Below, piece after piece: positions 49,618-58,575 of a stretch of DNA of 64,000 bases; the stretch's first letter is position 1, and the number at the start of each line of letters is the position of its first letter. Under the pieces are notes generated by a model that was not told where the DNA came from, did no database searches, and saw only the letters and a list, made by a program, of their open reading frames with translations. Source of the DNA: Trueperaceae bacterium (lineage in GTDB: Bacteria > Deinococcota > Deinococci > Deinococcales > Trueperaceae). Both the position numbers and the translations under genes were made by a program. The stretch is taken from assembly GCA_965213705.1 (NCBI GenBank), contig OZ243913.1:1632001-1696000 (forward strand), in the 5' to 3' direction.

Positions 49618-51225
49618 TCAGGGGTTTTCGGGCCGCTCGGCCTGTGTCTGGCCGGTAGAAACTGTGTTGACAACGTAGTCTGTTAAGACAGTAAGCTGTT
49701 CCTCGCTCAGCGCCGCGCCGAAGCCCGGCATCGAGCCGCGCCCGTACTGGATGACGCTGCGCACGTTTTCGGCGCGCGCGGCGTTGCGGTTGCCCGCCAG
49801 GGTCGGCCCCGTCCCGCCCTGCCCTTGCACGCCGTGGCAGCCCGCGCAGTTGGCGGTGTATAGGCCTTGAGCTGAAACTTGTTGAACTATGGACTCGCCC
49901 GCATCACCCATAGCAACCGCGCCGCCCGTCTCGCCAGCGTCTGTAACTCCGACACTTGTGACTCCGACACCTGTAGCGCCGCCCGCCTCGGCCAAACGCG
50001 CCCTAGCGTTTTCGATAAGGCTCGGCACGCGGCCCGCACTAGCCTCGCCCCCGACTGTCGCCACGTAAGTCTGCCAGGTGTCGATGGCGTCTTGAAACCT
50101 CTCTTGCGTGAAGTAAGCGTTGCCCAAAAACAGCAGGGTTGTGAGGTCGGTCGCGTCGACTTGTTCGGCCCGCTCGAGCAACTCCACCGCCTCGTCGGTG
50201 CGCCCGCTGAAAAAGAGCACCTGCCCGATGCGGCTCAGCGCAACCGCGCTGTGCGGGTCGAAGGTGCTCAGCACACGCACGTAAATGTCGGCGGCGCGCT
50301 CGCGCTCCTCTACGTTCCAGTAAGCGTCGGCGAGGGCGAGCAGGTTGGCTTCGGTGGGGTCGGCGGTGGCTCGGTCGAGCACCGGAGCGAGGGTTTGGAA
50401 GGTCTCGAGCCGCGCCTGCACCTCCGCGTCGCCCGCGCCGTCCGGCTGCGCCAAAAAGGCTTCCAACGCCGCGACCGCGTCTTTGGGCCGCGCCAGCGAA
50501 AAGTACAGCTCGCCCAAGGTGAACAGGGTGTCCAAGTCGCCTGGGTCGGCGGCCCTCGCCTCTTCCAGATAAGGCAGCGCCGCCGCGAGGTCGGTCTGCA
50601 GCTTCAAAAAACCCAAACGCCGGTAGGCCACGGCGGGTGCGGGCGTGATGGTTTGGGTGATTTGCAGGTAAGTCGCCTCGGCCGAGTCCGCCTCTTGCAG
50701 GCTCCAGTAGGCGTCGCCGAGGGCGAGGAGGTTGGTCTCGTTAGGGTCTTTGGCGGCGGCTTTTTGCAGGGCTTGCAACTGCTTCGCCGCCGCAACGTCG
50801 GTCGTGGTGACGGTGCCGTTCTCGCCCACGCGGGGCAGCACGAAACCGCTCATAATCACCGCCGTCACCACCACGCCGCCGAGGAGCGACAGCGCCGCGT
50901 AGGGGGCGCGGCGTGGGCGCGGGGCGGGTGTGGGCCGCGCGCGACCGGCCAGTTCGCCGCCACGCTCGTCGAGGGCGCGCAGCACCTTGGCGGCCTTGGC
51001 TTCGTAGCGGGCGCGTAAGGTCTCGCGGCGCGGCGCGGGCAGGTCCTCGCGCAGCTCGAGTTCCCGAATCGCCCGAAAGAGGGCGTCGCGTTCCTCTTCT
51101 AAGTCCAGCGTGACCGGGTCGCGCGGGTCGGGCAGCGGGTCGGCTTGACCCCGGAATAGCAGTGGAATCGCGACGTAGGCCAGGAGCAGCAGCGCCAGCA
51201 GGGTGATGACGATGAGGCTGAACAT
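49618..51225 (-). CDS. CcmI/CycH-like TPR protein fused to a C-terminal c-type cytochrome
   Basis: Two N-terminal TM segments, multiple TPRs, CAGCH heme motif and SMPGF axial Met. Confidence 0.85.
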   Translation of the reverse strand: MFSLIVITLLALLLLAYVAIPLLFRGQADPLPDPRDPVTLDLEEERDALFRAIRELELREDLPAPRRETLRARYEAKAAKVLRALDERGGELAGRARPTPAPRPRRAPYAALSLLGGVVVTAVIMSGFVLPRVGENGTVTTTDVAAAKQLQALQKAAAKDPNETNLLALGDAYWSLQEADSAEATYLQITQTITPAPAVAYRRLGFLKLQTDLAAALPYLEEARAADPGDLDTLFTLGELYFSLARPKDAVAALEAFLAQPDGAGDAEVQARLETFQTLAPVLDRATADPTEANLLALADAYWNVEERERAADIYVRVLSTFDPHSAVALSRIGQVLFFSGRTDEAVELLERAEQVDATDLTTLLFLGNAYFTQERFQDAIDTWQTYVATVGGEASAGRVPSLIENARARLAEAGGATGVGVTSVGVTDAGETGGAVAMGDAGESIVQQVSAQGLYTANCAGCHGVQGQGGTGPTLAGNRNAARAENVRSVIQYGRGSMPGFGAALSEEQLTVLTDYVVNTVSTGQTQAERPENP

Positions 51226-51701
51226 CAGCCGTTGCCGCCCGTACCACTCATCGCCTCGCGGACGCGCTGCCGGTCGGCCTCGTCCAGTTCGACGGGTTGG
51301 TGAGACTTGCGCGTCCAGCGTCTGAACAGCAGCGCGAGCGTCACCACCCCGAGCGCCCCGCCGACGATGGGCAACAGCCACACGACGAGGTGCAGCCCGC
51401 GTTTGGGCGGCTCGAGCAAAATCCAGTCGCCGTAGCGGGCTTGAAAGTAAGCGAGGATTTCAGCTTCGCGCTTGCCCTCGGAAAGCTGTTCCTGAATGAT
51501 GTTGCGCATCTGGATGGCGGCTTCCGAGGACGAGTCCCCGACCGACTCCGACGTGCAGACCGGACAGCGCAGTTGGCGGGCTATTTGAAAGGTTTGGGTC
51601 TCGAGTTGAACCTGCGCGGTTCCAAAACTCGTCAAGACACCGAAGACCAGTGCGCAGAAAATCGAGTAAGGAAGTTTGTGTTGAGTTATTCGTCGTGTCA
51701 T
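51225..51701 (-). CDS. ccmH: Cytochrome c biogenesis protein CcmH
   Basis: LRCPVC, ARYGDWILLEPP. Confidence 0.92.
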   Translation of the reverse strand: MTRRITQHKLPYSIFCALVFGVLTSFGTAQVQLETQTFQIARQLRCPVCTSESVGDSSSEAAIQMRNIIQEQLSEGKREAEILAYFQARYGDWILLEPPKRGLHLVVWLLPIVGGALGVVTLALLFRRWTRKSHQPVELDEADRQRVREAMSGTGGNG

Positions 51702-52237
51702 TGCATTAAACCTTCGATTTGCGTGTCCAACAGCTCGGTCGTCAACTGTCCCGTGTACCTCAGGGCAAGCGTCCCGTCCGGGCGAACAAAAAAAGTTTCG
51801 GGTATGCCGAAGACGCCGTATTCGACGAACACCGCGCTGTCGTCGTCGAAGACGTTGGGAAAACTCAGGTCGAACTGGTTGATGAAGGCCCGACCGTTGT
51901 CCCGCGCGCCCCTGTCTTGGCTCTGTACACCGACGATGAGAACATCGTTTCCGTACTTGCGCCACGCAGTTTCTAAAACGGGCGCTTCGTCGCGGCAGGG
52001 CGCGCACCACGAGGCCCAAAAGTTCAGCACCAGCGGTTTGCCCTTGTAGTCAGCCAGGTCGAGCGTCGGGCCGTAGGTCGTTTGGTAGCGCTCGTACACC
52101 GGTAGGACAAACCCCGGCACCGGTTTGCCGACGAGGTTCGAAGCGATGTCCCGGTCGGGCGGCCCGCGGAGCAGCCCGAACAAAAACAAGGCTACGAGCC
52201 CGCCCACGACGGCGGTGACGGTGAGAAGACGCCTCAC
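51698..52237 (-). CDS. ccmG: Thiol:disulfide interchange protein CcmG/TlpA
   Basis: NFWASWCAPC, GIPETFFV. Confidence 0.9.
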   Translation of the reverse strand: MRRLLTVTAVVGGLVALFLFGLLRGPPDRDIASNLVGKPVPGFVLPVYERYQTTYGPTLDLADYKGKPLVLNFWASWCAPCRDEAPVLETAWRKYGNDVLIVGVQSQDRGARDNGRAFINQFDLSFPNVFDDDSAVFVEYGVFGIPETFFVRPDGTLALRYTGQLTTELLDTQIEGLMQ

Positions 52238-54288
52238 GCCGACTGCGCTCCCTCCGCTTGAGTGTGTCTGCTGAGAACCGCGCGGTGCTGCGGCGTCAGC
52301 GCGTAGCCCGTCCCGAGCACCAGAATGAGCCCGCCCACCCAAATCCAGGTCACCAAGGGACTCTGCACCACGCGCAGCGCCGTACTTGTTTGGCCCGGTC
52401 CTGGGTTGCTGATAAGGCTCAAATAGAGGTCGTGCCAGGGCGTGTACAGCACGGCAGGGGTGACGACGGGCTGGGCGTTGCCGAAGGTGTTGACCCTGGG
52501 ACGCAACGTCCTCACTTGCTCACCGTTCCGCCACACTTCAATGACCGAGCCGGCACTGACGCGGGCAATCGACCCCGCCAACTGCCCTATCGCGCCCGGC
52601 TGCGCCCCCATGTCGATGGTCTGCCCGTCCGCCGTGTGCGCCTCGGCAAACTGGTCGACGGCTCTCAGTTCGTAGCCTCTAAACTCGACACTCCCGCCGT
52701 AGGGAATGCTGACCTGCTCGTCCACGCGGTAAGCCGTACTCGCCATAATGCCGAGCGCGATGACCACCACGCCGAAGTGAACAATCATCGACCCGAAGCG
52801 GCGACGGCTTTCAAAGGCGTACTGGGTGAACACGCTCGCCATGCTCTTACCGGTCAAACGTGCCCTCGGCACGACCGCCCCGCCGATGAGCAACCCCAAA
52901 CTCACCAGGTTGTACGCCGCCAGCGCCACGGTGATGAGCGGGTAAGGCCGGTGGATGCCGAACAGGTAAGCGACCACGGCCGCGACCAGCGCGCCGCTGA
53001 ACAACCACGCCAGGTTTTTCAGCAGCGTTTGCTCCTCAGCCCGACGCCAGGGCAGCAGCGGCCCCACGCCCATGAGTAAGAAAATCAGGAACCACAGCGG
53101 CACGCTGATTTGGTTGAAGAACGGTGCGCCGACGGTCACCTTGTCGCCACTGACCGCCTCGACGATTAAGGGGAACAGCGTCCCGAGCAAAATCGCGAAG
53201 GTCAGCGCCAGCAGCAAGACGTTCCCCGCCAGGTAACTGCCCTCGCGGCTCAGCGGCGAGTCGAGTTCGGCGTTGTCGCGTACCTGGTCCCAGCGGAACG
53301 CCACCAGTCCGAACGAGGCGAGCGCGACCAGCCCGAAGAAAACGAGGAACACCGGCCCGACGGGGCCGTCCCCAAACGAATGCACCGAGCTGATAATGCC
53401 CGAGCGAATCAAAAACGTCCCCAGAATCGACAGCGAAAAGGTCAGGATGATGAGGAGCATGTTCCACGACTTCAGCATCCGCCGCCGCTCCTGCACCTGC
53501 ACGCTGTGGATAAAGGCCGTCGCCGCCAACCACGGCATAAAGCTGATGTTCTCGACCGGGTCCCAGGCCCAATAACCGCCCCAACCCAAAACCTCGTAGC
53601 TCCACCAGCCGCCCGCTACGATGCCTGCGGATAAAAAGCCCCAGCCTGCAAGCGTCCAGACGCGCGTCTGCGTCATCCACTCGGTGCCGCTGCGCTTGGT
53701 GATGAGGGCCGCCATCGCAAAGGCGAAGGGGACGCTCAAGCCGACGTAACCTAAGTACAGCAGCGCCGGGTGAACCGCCATCATCCAGTGGTTTTGTAAG
53801 AGCGGGTTCGGCCCTATTCCGTCCACGGGCGGGGCGGGCAAAAAGGTGAACGGGTTGGCAATCGTCGCCACCACGCCGATGAAAAAAGCTTGCACAACTT
53901 GCAACACGACGAGCGCCCAGGGCCGCAACACGTTGTTGCGTGCGGTAACGGCGACGACGGCGGTGTAGGCCGTCAGCAGCCAGGCCCAGAAGAGGATGGA
54001 GCCTTCCAAGGCCGCCCACAACGTGACGATTTTGACCCACAGCGGTGAGGCTATCCGTGAGTGTTCTGCCACGTACTGCACCGAAAAGTCGTCGGTGAGG
54101 AGCGCCACTTCCATCGTGGCAATGGCTGTGGTGAGTGCCAGAAACACCGCGACTGCGGCAAACCGCGCCGAGGTCTGCAGGCGCGCGTCGCGCCGCCGCG
54201 CGCCCAAGATGCCGACGACGACGGCGTAAAGGGCTAAGCCGAGGGCGAAGTAGACGCTGGCCGTGCCGAGTTGGCTGAGGTTAAGCAT
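52234..54288 (-). CDS. ccmF: Heme lyase CcmF
   Basis: NPLLQN..HP, WSYEVLGWGGYWAWDPVEN, SVHSF. Confidence 0.96.
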   Translation of the reverse strand: MLNLSQLGTASVYFALGLALYAVVVGILGARRRDARLQTSARFAAVAVFLALTTAIATMEVALLTDDFSVQYVAEHSRIASPLWVKIVTLWAALEGSILFWAWLLTAYTAVVAVTARNNVLRPWALVVLQVVQAFFIGVVATIANPFTFLPAPPVDGIGPNPLLQNHWMMAVHPALLYLGYVGLSVPFAFAMAALITKRSGTEWMTQTRVWTLAGWGFLSAGIVAGGWWSYEVLGWGGYWAWDPVENISFMPWLAATAFIHSVQVQERRRMLKSWNMLLIILTFSLSILGTFLIRSGIISSVHSFGDGPVGPVFLVFFGLVALASFGLVAFRWDQVRDNAELDSPLSREGSYLAGNVLLLALTFAILLGTLFPLIVEAVSGDKVTVGAPFFNQISVPLWFLIFLLMGVGPLLPWRRAEEQTLLKNLAWLFSGALVAAVVAYLFGIHRPYPLITVALAAYNLVSLGLLIGGAVVPRARLTGKSMASVFTQYAFESRRRFGSMIVHFGVVVIALGIMASTAYRVDEQVSIPYGGSVEFRGYELRAVDQFAEAHTADGQTIDMGAQPGAIGQLAGSIARVSAGSVIEVWRNGEQVRTLRPRVNTFGNAQPVVTPAVLYTPWHDLYLSLISNPGPGQTSTALRVVQSPLVTWIWVGGLILVLGTGYALTPQHRAVLSRHTQAEGAQSA

Positions 54289-54420
54289 GACCCCCCCTGA
54301 CCGTGGCTGCGCCCGGTCGGTCCCCCCCTAGAAGGGGGGGTAGGTTGTGGGAGGCGGATGAACTGTCTCTAGTTCCCCTTTTTAGGGGGGCGCTCGAGCG
54401 AACGCAATAAGCGGGGGGTC
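54289..54420. repeat. Poly-C/poly-G REP- or MITE-like element
   Basis: Terminal inverted repeats gacccccc...ggggggtc; internal palindromes ccccccctagaaggggggg and cccctttttagggg. Confidence 0.65.
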
Positions 54421-54423
54421 TTG

Positions 54424-54852
54424 TCACTGCAATGACTCCTTCAATTCCTGTACGTCCACCGACTGCCCGGCTTCGGGCTGCTCGTATTGCTCCGAGTGTT
54501 TGACGAGCACGTTGTCGCCGTAAAACTCTTCCCCGTCGAACTTGCCCTCGACGACGACGCCCATGCCCTCTTTGAACAGTTCGGGCGGCGCGCCCTTGTG
54601 GCTTACCGGGTAGCTGCGCACCGTGTCGGTAATCATGAAGGTAAGCTGCAAATTTTGGTCGTTGAACTGCACCGTGCCGGGTTCGACGATGCCGCCCAGC
54701 CGGAGCCGCCTATCGGCGAACTCCTGCACGTCCGCGGCGTACTCGGACGGGGTGACGAAGTAGACGAGGCTCGAGCCCAGCGCCCGGTACATGAAAAAGC
54801 CGGCGAAACCGAGCACCGCGACGCCCATCACGGAGTAGACGAGCCGCTTCAC
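54424..54852 (-). CDS. ccmE: Heme chaperone CcmE
   Basis: LVYFVTPSE, LRLGG, PELFKEG, LVKHSEQY; GTG at 54852. Confidence 0.93.
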   Translation of the reverse strand: MKRLVYSVMGVAVLGFAGFFMYRALGSSLVYFVTPSEYAADVQEFADRRLRLGGIVEPGTVQFNDQNLQLTFMITDTVRSYPVSHKGAPPELFKEGMGVVVEGKFDGEEFYGDNVLVKHSEQYEQPEAGQSVDVQELKESLQ

Positions 54853-54977
54853 GCGTCGTCCTCGTCCCGCGCCCGCTTCGCGCGCCACCTCAGGTACAAC
54901 AGGTAACCCGCGTAAGCCGCCAAAACCTCGGCCCAGGCGAGACCGACCCAACCCCATTGTGAGAATGAATCAAACAC
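54849..54977 (-). CDS. ccmD: Heme exporter protein CcmD (42 aa, absent from the ORF track)
   Basis: MFDSFSQWGWVGLAWAEVLAAYAGYLLYLRWRAKRARDEDDA; one TM plus basic tail, overlaps ccmC stop and ccmE start. Confidence 0.8.
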   Translation of the reverse strand: MFDSFSQWGWVGLAWAEVLAAYAGYLLYLRWRAKRARDEDDA

Positions 54978-55692
54978 GGACGACCTCCCCGCGAGTTGGC
55001 GTTTCCGGCTCTGTGTAGGCAACCTCGCGCCGACCGATGCGGACGCGCACCAGCAAAAAGTAGACGAAAATCAGCCCCGCCACCGCCACGTTGTAGAGCA
55101 AAATCCAGCGGAAAATCGGCGACATCATGTCGCTCACGCCGCTGCTGGTGATGTCGAAACTTTTAGCGGGGTGGATGGTGCGGAACCACTTCGCCGCCAT
55201 CCAGTTGAAGGGCAGGCTCGCCAGCACGATGATGGAGACCACCGCGCTCACCCGGCCGCGGCGCAGCGGGTCGTCGATAAGTCCGCGCACCACGAAGTAG
55301 CCCACCAACAGCGCGAAGGCCAGCGCCGTCAAGGTGAGTTTCGCGTCCCAGTCCCAAAAAACGCCGATGGTCGGTTTGCTGTAGGTCATCCCACCCACAA
55401 GCGCGAGGCCGAAGTAAATGAGCGACAATTCGGCGCTCGCGACCGCCCACACGTCGTCCATCGGGTGCGAGCGCCACAGGTAGAGCATCCCGTAAAGCGC
55501 GGTCATCACCACCGCCAAAAAGCCTATCCACACGACCGAAACGTGCGCGTAGGTGACGCGGAACAGGTCGCCCTGGTTGACGTCGGGCGGGCTCACCACG
55601 AGCGCTAAGTACAGCCCGACGCCGAACAGCAGCAGCGTTATTATTCCGAAGACGCTCAGCCACAGGGGGCGTCCGTTGTCGCGGGTTGTCAT
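54970..55692 (-). CDS. ccmC: Heme exporter/cytochrome c assembly protein CcmC
   Basis: YAHV, Trp-rich GVFWDWDAKLT, RTIHP. Confidence 0.92.
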   Translation of the reverse strand: MTTRDNGRPLWLSVFGIITLLLFGVGLYLALVVSPPDVNQGDLFRVTYAHVSVVWIGFLAVVMTALYGMLYLWRSHPMDDVWAVASAELSLIYFGLALVGGMTYSKPTIGVFWDWDAKLTLTALAFALLVGYFVVRGLIDDPLRRGRVSAVVSIIVLASLPFNWMAAKWFRTIHPAKSFDITSSGVSDMMSPIFRWILLYNVAVAGLIFVYFLLVRVRIGRREVAYTEPETPTRGEVVRV

Positions 55693-55771
55693 CGTCTTGC
55701 CTCCTGAAACAAGTGTGAGCCTGGTGTGTTGATTGCTGTACTGAACTGCGGAGAGGGGCGGTCCACAACCC

Positions 55772-56464
55772 TCACTCTTCCAGCACGAAGTGAAAAATAG
55801 CCGTGCAAATCACAAAATAAACGAGGTCGAAACCCACCAACAATTGTAGCCAGTCCGCGGCGAAATTCGGGTTGTCCAGGAGGGTAAGCTCGAGCGTCGC
55901 CCGCACCGCCGCGAGCAGCACGGGCACGACGACCGGGAACATCAGCACGGGCAGCAGGGACTCACGCGCGCGTAAGTTCGCTGTGAGCGCCGCATAAAAC
56001 GTCGCGATGAGCGCGAAGCCGAGCGTGCCCAGCGCCACGGTGAGGAGCAGCCACGGCCAGTGGAGGGCGATGGGCAGACCGAAAAACACCGCCGCGACGG
56101 GCAGCAGCAGCGCGCCCAGCAGCGCCATGTACAGCCAGTTGGCGACGAGTTTGCCCAGAAAAATCGTCGCTCGAGGGATGGGGTAGAGGAGGAGTTGCTC
56201 GAGCGCACCCTCTTCTTGTTCGCCCTGATAACTCTGCGCCGCCGAGATGACGCCCGCAAAGGCCAGCGCCACCCACAGCGCGCCCGGCGCGGCGTTGCGC
56301 AGCGCCAAACGCTCCGGCCCCAGCGCGAAGGCCAGGATGACGAGCACAGTGGCCGCAAAAAACACCGTCGCTACGGTGACCGCCTTGCTGCGCACCTCTT
56401 GCCGGACGTCCTTGCGGGCGATGGCGGCGGCGTAAGTAAAATCTGCGAAGAACGATTCAGCCAC
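55772..56464 (-). CDS. ccmB: Heme exporter protein CcmB
   Basis: KDVRQEVR, PGALW, EEGALEQL, LLPVLMFPVVVP. Confidence 0.92.
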   Translation of the reverse strand: MAESFFADFTYAAAIARKDVRQEVRSKAVTVATVFFAATVLVILAFALGPERLALRNAAPGALWVALAFAGVISAAQSYQGEQEEGALEQLLLYPIPRATIFLGKLVANWLYMALLGALLLPVAAVFFGLPIALHWPWLLLTVALGTLGFALIATFYAALTANLRARESLLPVLMFPVVVPVLLAAVRATLELTLLDNPNFAADWLQLLVGFDLVYFVICTAIFHFVLEE

Positions 56465-57164
56465 GCGCCACCTCCGAGTCGGTCAGGACGCCGTAGCGGT
56501 GCAAACCGCCGCCCTCGAGCTGCAACACGCTGTCGGCATATTGCGCGGCGTGTTCGACCTCGTGCGAGGCGACGATGACGGTGCGGCCCTGCAGCCGCGC
56601 ACTCACCAGCAGGTCGTCGACGAGACCTTTGCCCTCTTCGTCGAGCGCGGCGTAGGGTTCGTCGAGCAGCCACAGGTCGGCGTCGGCGAGGAGGAGTCTA
56701 GCCAGCGCGAGGCGCTTTTTCATGCCGCTCGAGAAGGCCCGCACGAGCTTGTCGGCCGCCGACAGCAAACCGACAGCCTCGAGCTTGCCGCTCAGTTCGG
56801 CCGTGGTGACCTCGCGCCGACCGTAACCGTACAGGGTCGCCGCCAGGCGCAAGTTTTCAAGGGCGCTCAACGTGAGGTAGTGCCCGCCGAGCACGCTCAC
56901 GTAAGCGACGTGCCGCCGCACCTCGGCCGCGCGTTTGACGAGGTCGAAACCGAACACCGCCCCGCGCCCCGCCGTGGGGCGCAGCCGCGTCGCCAGCACC
57001 TTGAGGAGTGTCGTCTTGCCCGAGCCGTTGCCGCCGCAGAGGACGACGATTTTGCCGGGCGTTATCACCAGGTTGAGGTTTTTGACCACGTACTCGGGGC
57101 CGTACTTGCGACCCAAACCGACGAGTTCGACGGCGACCGGCGGGGTTTCGGAAGGGTTCGTCAC
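56457..57164 (-). CDS. ccmA: Heme ABC exporter ATP-binding protein CcmA
   Basis: GGNGSGKT, LSALENL, FSSGMKKR, LLDEP. Confidence 0.92.
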   Translation of the reverse strand: MTNPSETPPVAVELVGLGRKYGPEYVVKNLNLVITPGKIVVLCGGNGSGKTTLLKVLATRLRPTAGRGAVFGFDLVKRAAEVRRHVAYVSVLGGHYLTLSALENLRLAATLYGYGRREVTTAELSGKLEAVGLLSAADKLVRAFSSGMKKRLALARLLLADADLWLLDEPYAALDEEGKGLVDDLLVSARLQGRTVIVASHEVEHAAQYADSVLQLEGGGLHRYGVLTDSEVARG

Positions 57165-57174
57165 GACAAAAACA

Positions 57175-57885
57175 TCACAGTTTCGACAACAACCACTCGG
57201 GCGTGTAGCGGATGAGGGCGCTGTTGAGCCGCGTGTAAAAGCCGGTTACCATGAGCACACCCGCCACCACGAGCAGGCCCCCGGCCGCCCGCTCGACCCA
57301 GGGCAGGTAGCGCCGAAACCCGGCTGAGAATTTCAAAAACGACTCGACCGCCAGCGCCGCCAGAAAGAAAGGAATCGCCAGGCCGAGGGCGTAACTGGTG
57401 AGCAGCAACACGCCCTGCGACAGCGTCCCCGTCGCGCCCGCCAGCGTTAACACCCCGCCCAGCACCGGCCCGATGCAGGGCGTCCAGCCCGCCGCAAAGG
57501 CCACGCCGAGCAGGACAGCGCCCCAAGAGGTGCTGCTGTCGCCCGTAAACGCCCGGCGGGTGTCCCGGTACAAAAAGGGCAGCTTGAACACGCCCAACAT
57601 TACCAATCCGAACACCGCCACGAGTACCCCGCTCGCCGTCATAAACGGGCTGCGGTAGTCCCGCAACAGCGACCCGAGCGCACTCGCCGACGCGCCCAGC
57701 GCGATAAAAACGAGTGAAAATCCCAGAATGAACAACAAGCTGTTGCGCAGCACGACCGCCCGCGTTTTCGCTTGCGCCGAACTGCCGCCGACGTACGCCA
57801 AATAAGAAGGCACCAGCGGCAACACGCAAGGCGACAAAAACGACAGCAGCCCCGCGGCAAACGCGAGTGGCAGGGTCGGGGTCAC
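57175..57885 (-). CDS. ccdA: Cytochrome c biogenesis protein CcdA
   Basis: SFLSPCVLP, GWTPCIGP. Confidence 0.94.
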   Translation of the reverse strand: MTPTLPLAFAAGLLSFLSPCVLPLVPSYLAYVGGSSAQAKTRAVVLRNSLLFILGFSLVFIALGASASALGSLLRDYRSPFMTASGVLVAVFGLVMLGVFKLPFLYRDTRRAFTGDSSTSWGAVLLGVAFAAGWTPCIGPVLGGVLTLAGATGTLSQGVLLLTSYALGLAIPFFLAALAVESFLKFSAGFRRYLPWVERAAGGLLVVAGVLMVTGFYTRLNSALIRYTPEWLLSKL

Positions 57886-58013
57886 AGGAAAAGGCCTTTC
57901 GGTTCCATACTTAACAACGCATCATACGCCGGACGGAGAGATTGCAAAACAGACATTTGTCCTTGAAGTAACGTGTCTGAGCCGCAAAAACCTCTTTCTG
58001 TCGCAGTGCCGAC

Positions 58014-58436
58014 CTACAAAAGCCGCTGGTGGTCCGCCAACATGCAGCGGCTTTGAATCACGTCCATGCCTGCGTCGGAAAGCGCCTTGGCGAACTCGTC
58101 GTTGCGAATGCCGAGTTGCAGCCAAACGAGCTTGGGCAGGGGCGTCAGGCTCAAAATATCGTCTAAGTGGTCCGGCAAGTGCTCGGCACGCCGAAAAACG
58201 TCGACGACCTCTACCGGTTCGGTCAGGTCGGCGAGTTCGGCGACGACTTTGCGGCCCAACAAGCTCTCGCCCGCAAACACGGGGTTGACCGGGTAAACCT
58301 CGTAGCCGTTGTCTTGCAAGTACTTGGGCACGTAGTAGGCGGCCTTGCTTTGGGTGGTGTGCGCGCCGAGGACGGCGACGCTTTTGTAGGTCTCGAGCGC
58401 TCGTTTGACGTCGTTTATTTCGGTGAGGATAGCCAT
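58014..58436 (-). CDS. CoA-binding protein (YccU-like)
   Basis: VAVLGA, YPVNP, VDVFR, WLQLGI, C-terminal Cys. Confidence 0.9.
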   Translation of the reverse strand: MAILTEINDVKRALETYKSVAVLGAHTTQSKAAYYVPKYLQDNGYEVYPVNPVFAGESLLGRKVVAELADLTEPVEVVDVFRRAEHLPDHLDDILSLTPLPKLVWLQLGIRNDEFAKALSDAGMDVIQSRCMLADHQRLL

Positions 58437-58502
58437 GCCCGAACCTAGCAGAAGACGCGGCGGCGAGCCGCGTGCTGCGTGACAAAAAAGCTGCAAAACG
58501 TC

Positions 58503-58546
58503 ACCGACTGAGACACCGCGCCGCAAAAGCGGTGTCTCAGTCGGTG
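58503..58546 (-). terminator. Hairpin downstream of the repeat lipoprotein
   Basis: caccgactgagacaccgc...gcggtgtctcagtcggtg. Confidence 0.7.
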
Positions 58547-58575
58547 GAGGGCTGCTCGAGCCGGGCTTGGAAGAC

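Noticed and set aside
57882..57908. uORF MEPKGLFL* overlapping the ccdA GTG
   Set aside because: The nearest -10-like box is too far from the ATG for leaderless initiation, and an AAGG element can explain ccdA initiation directly.
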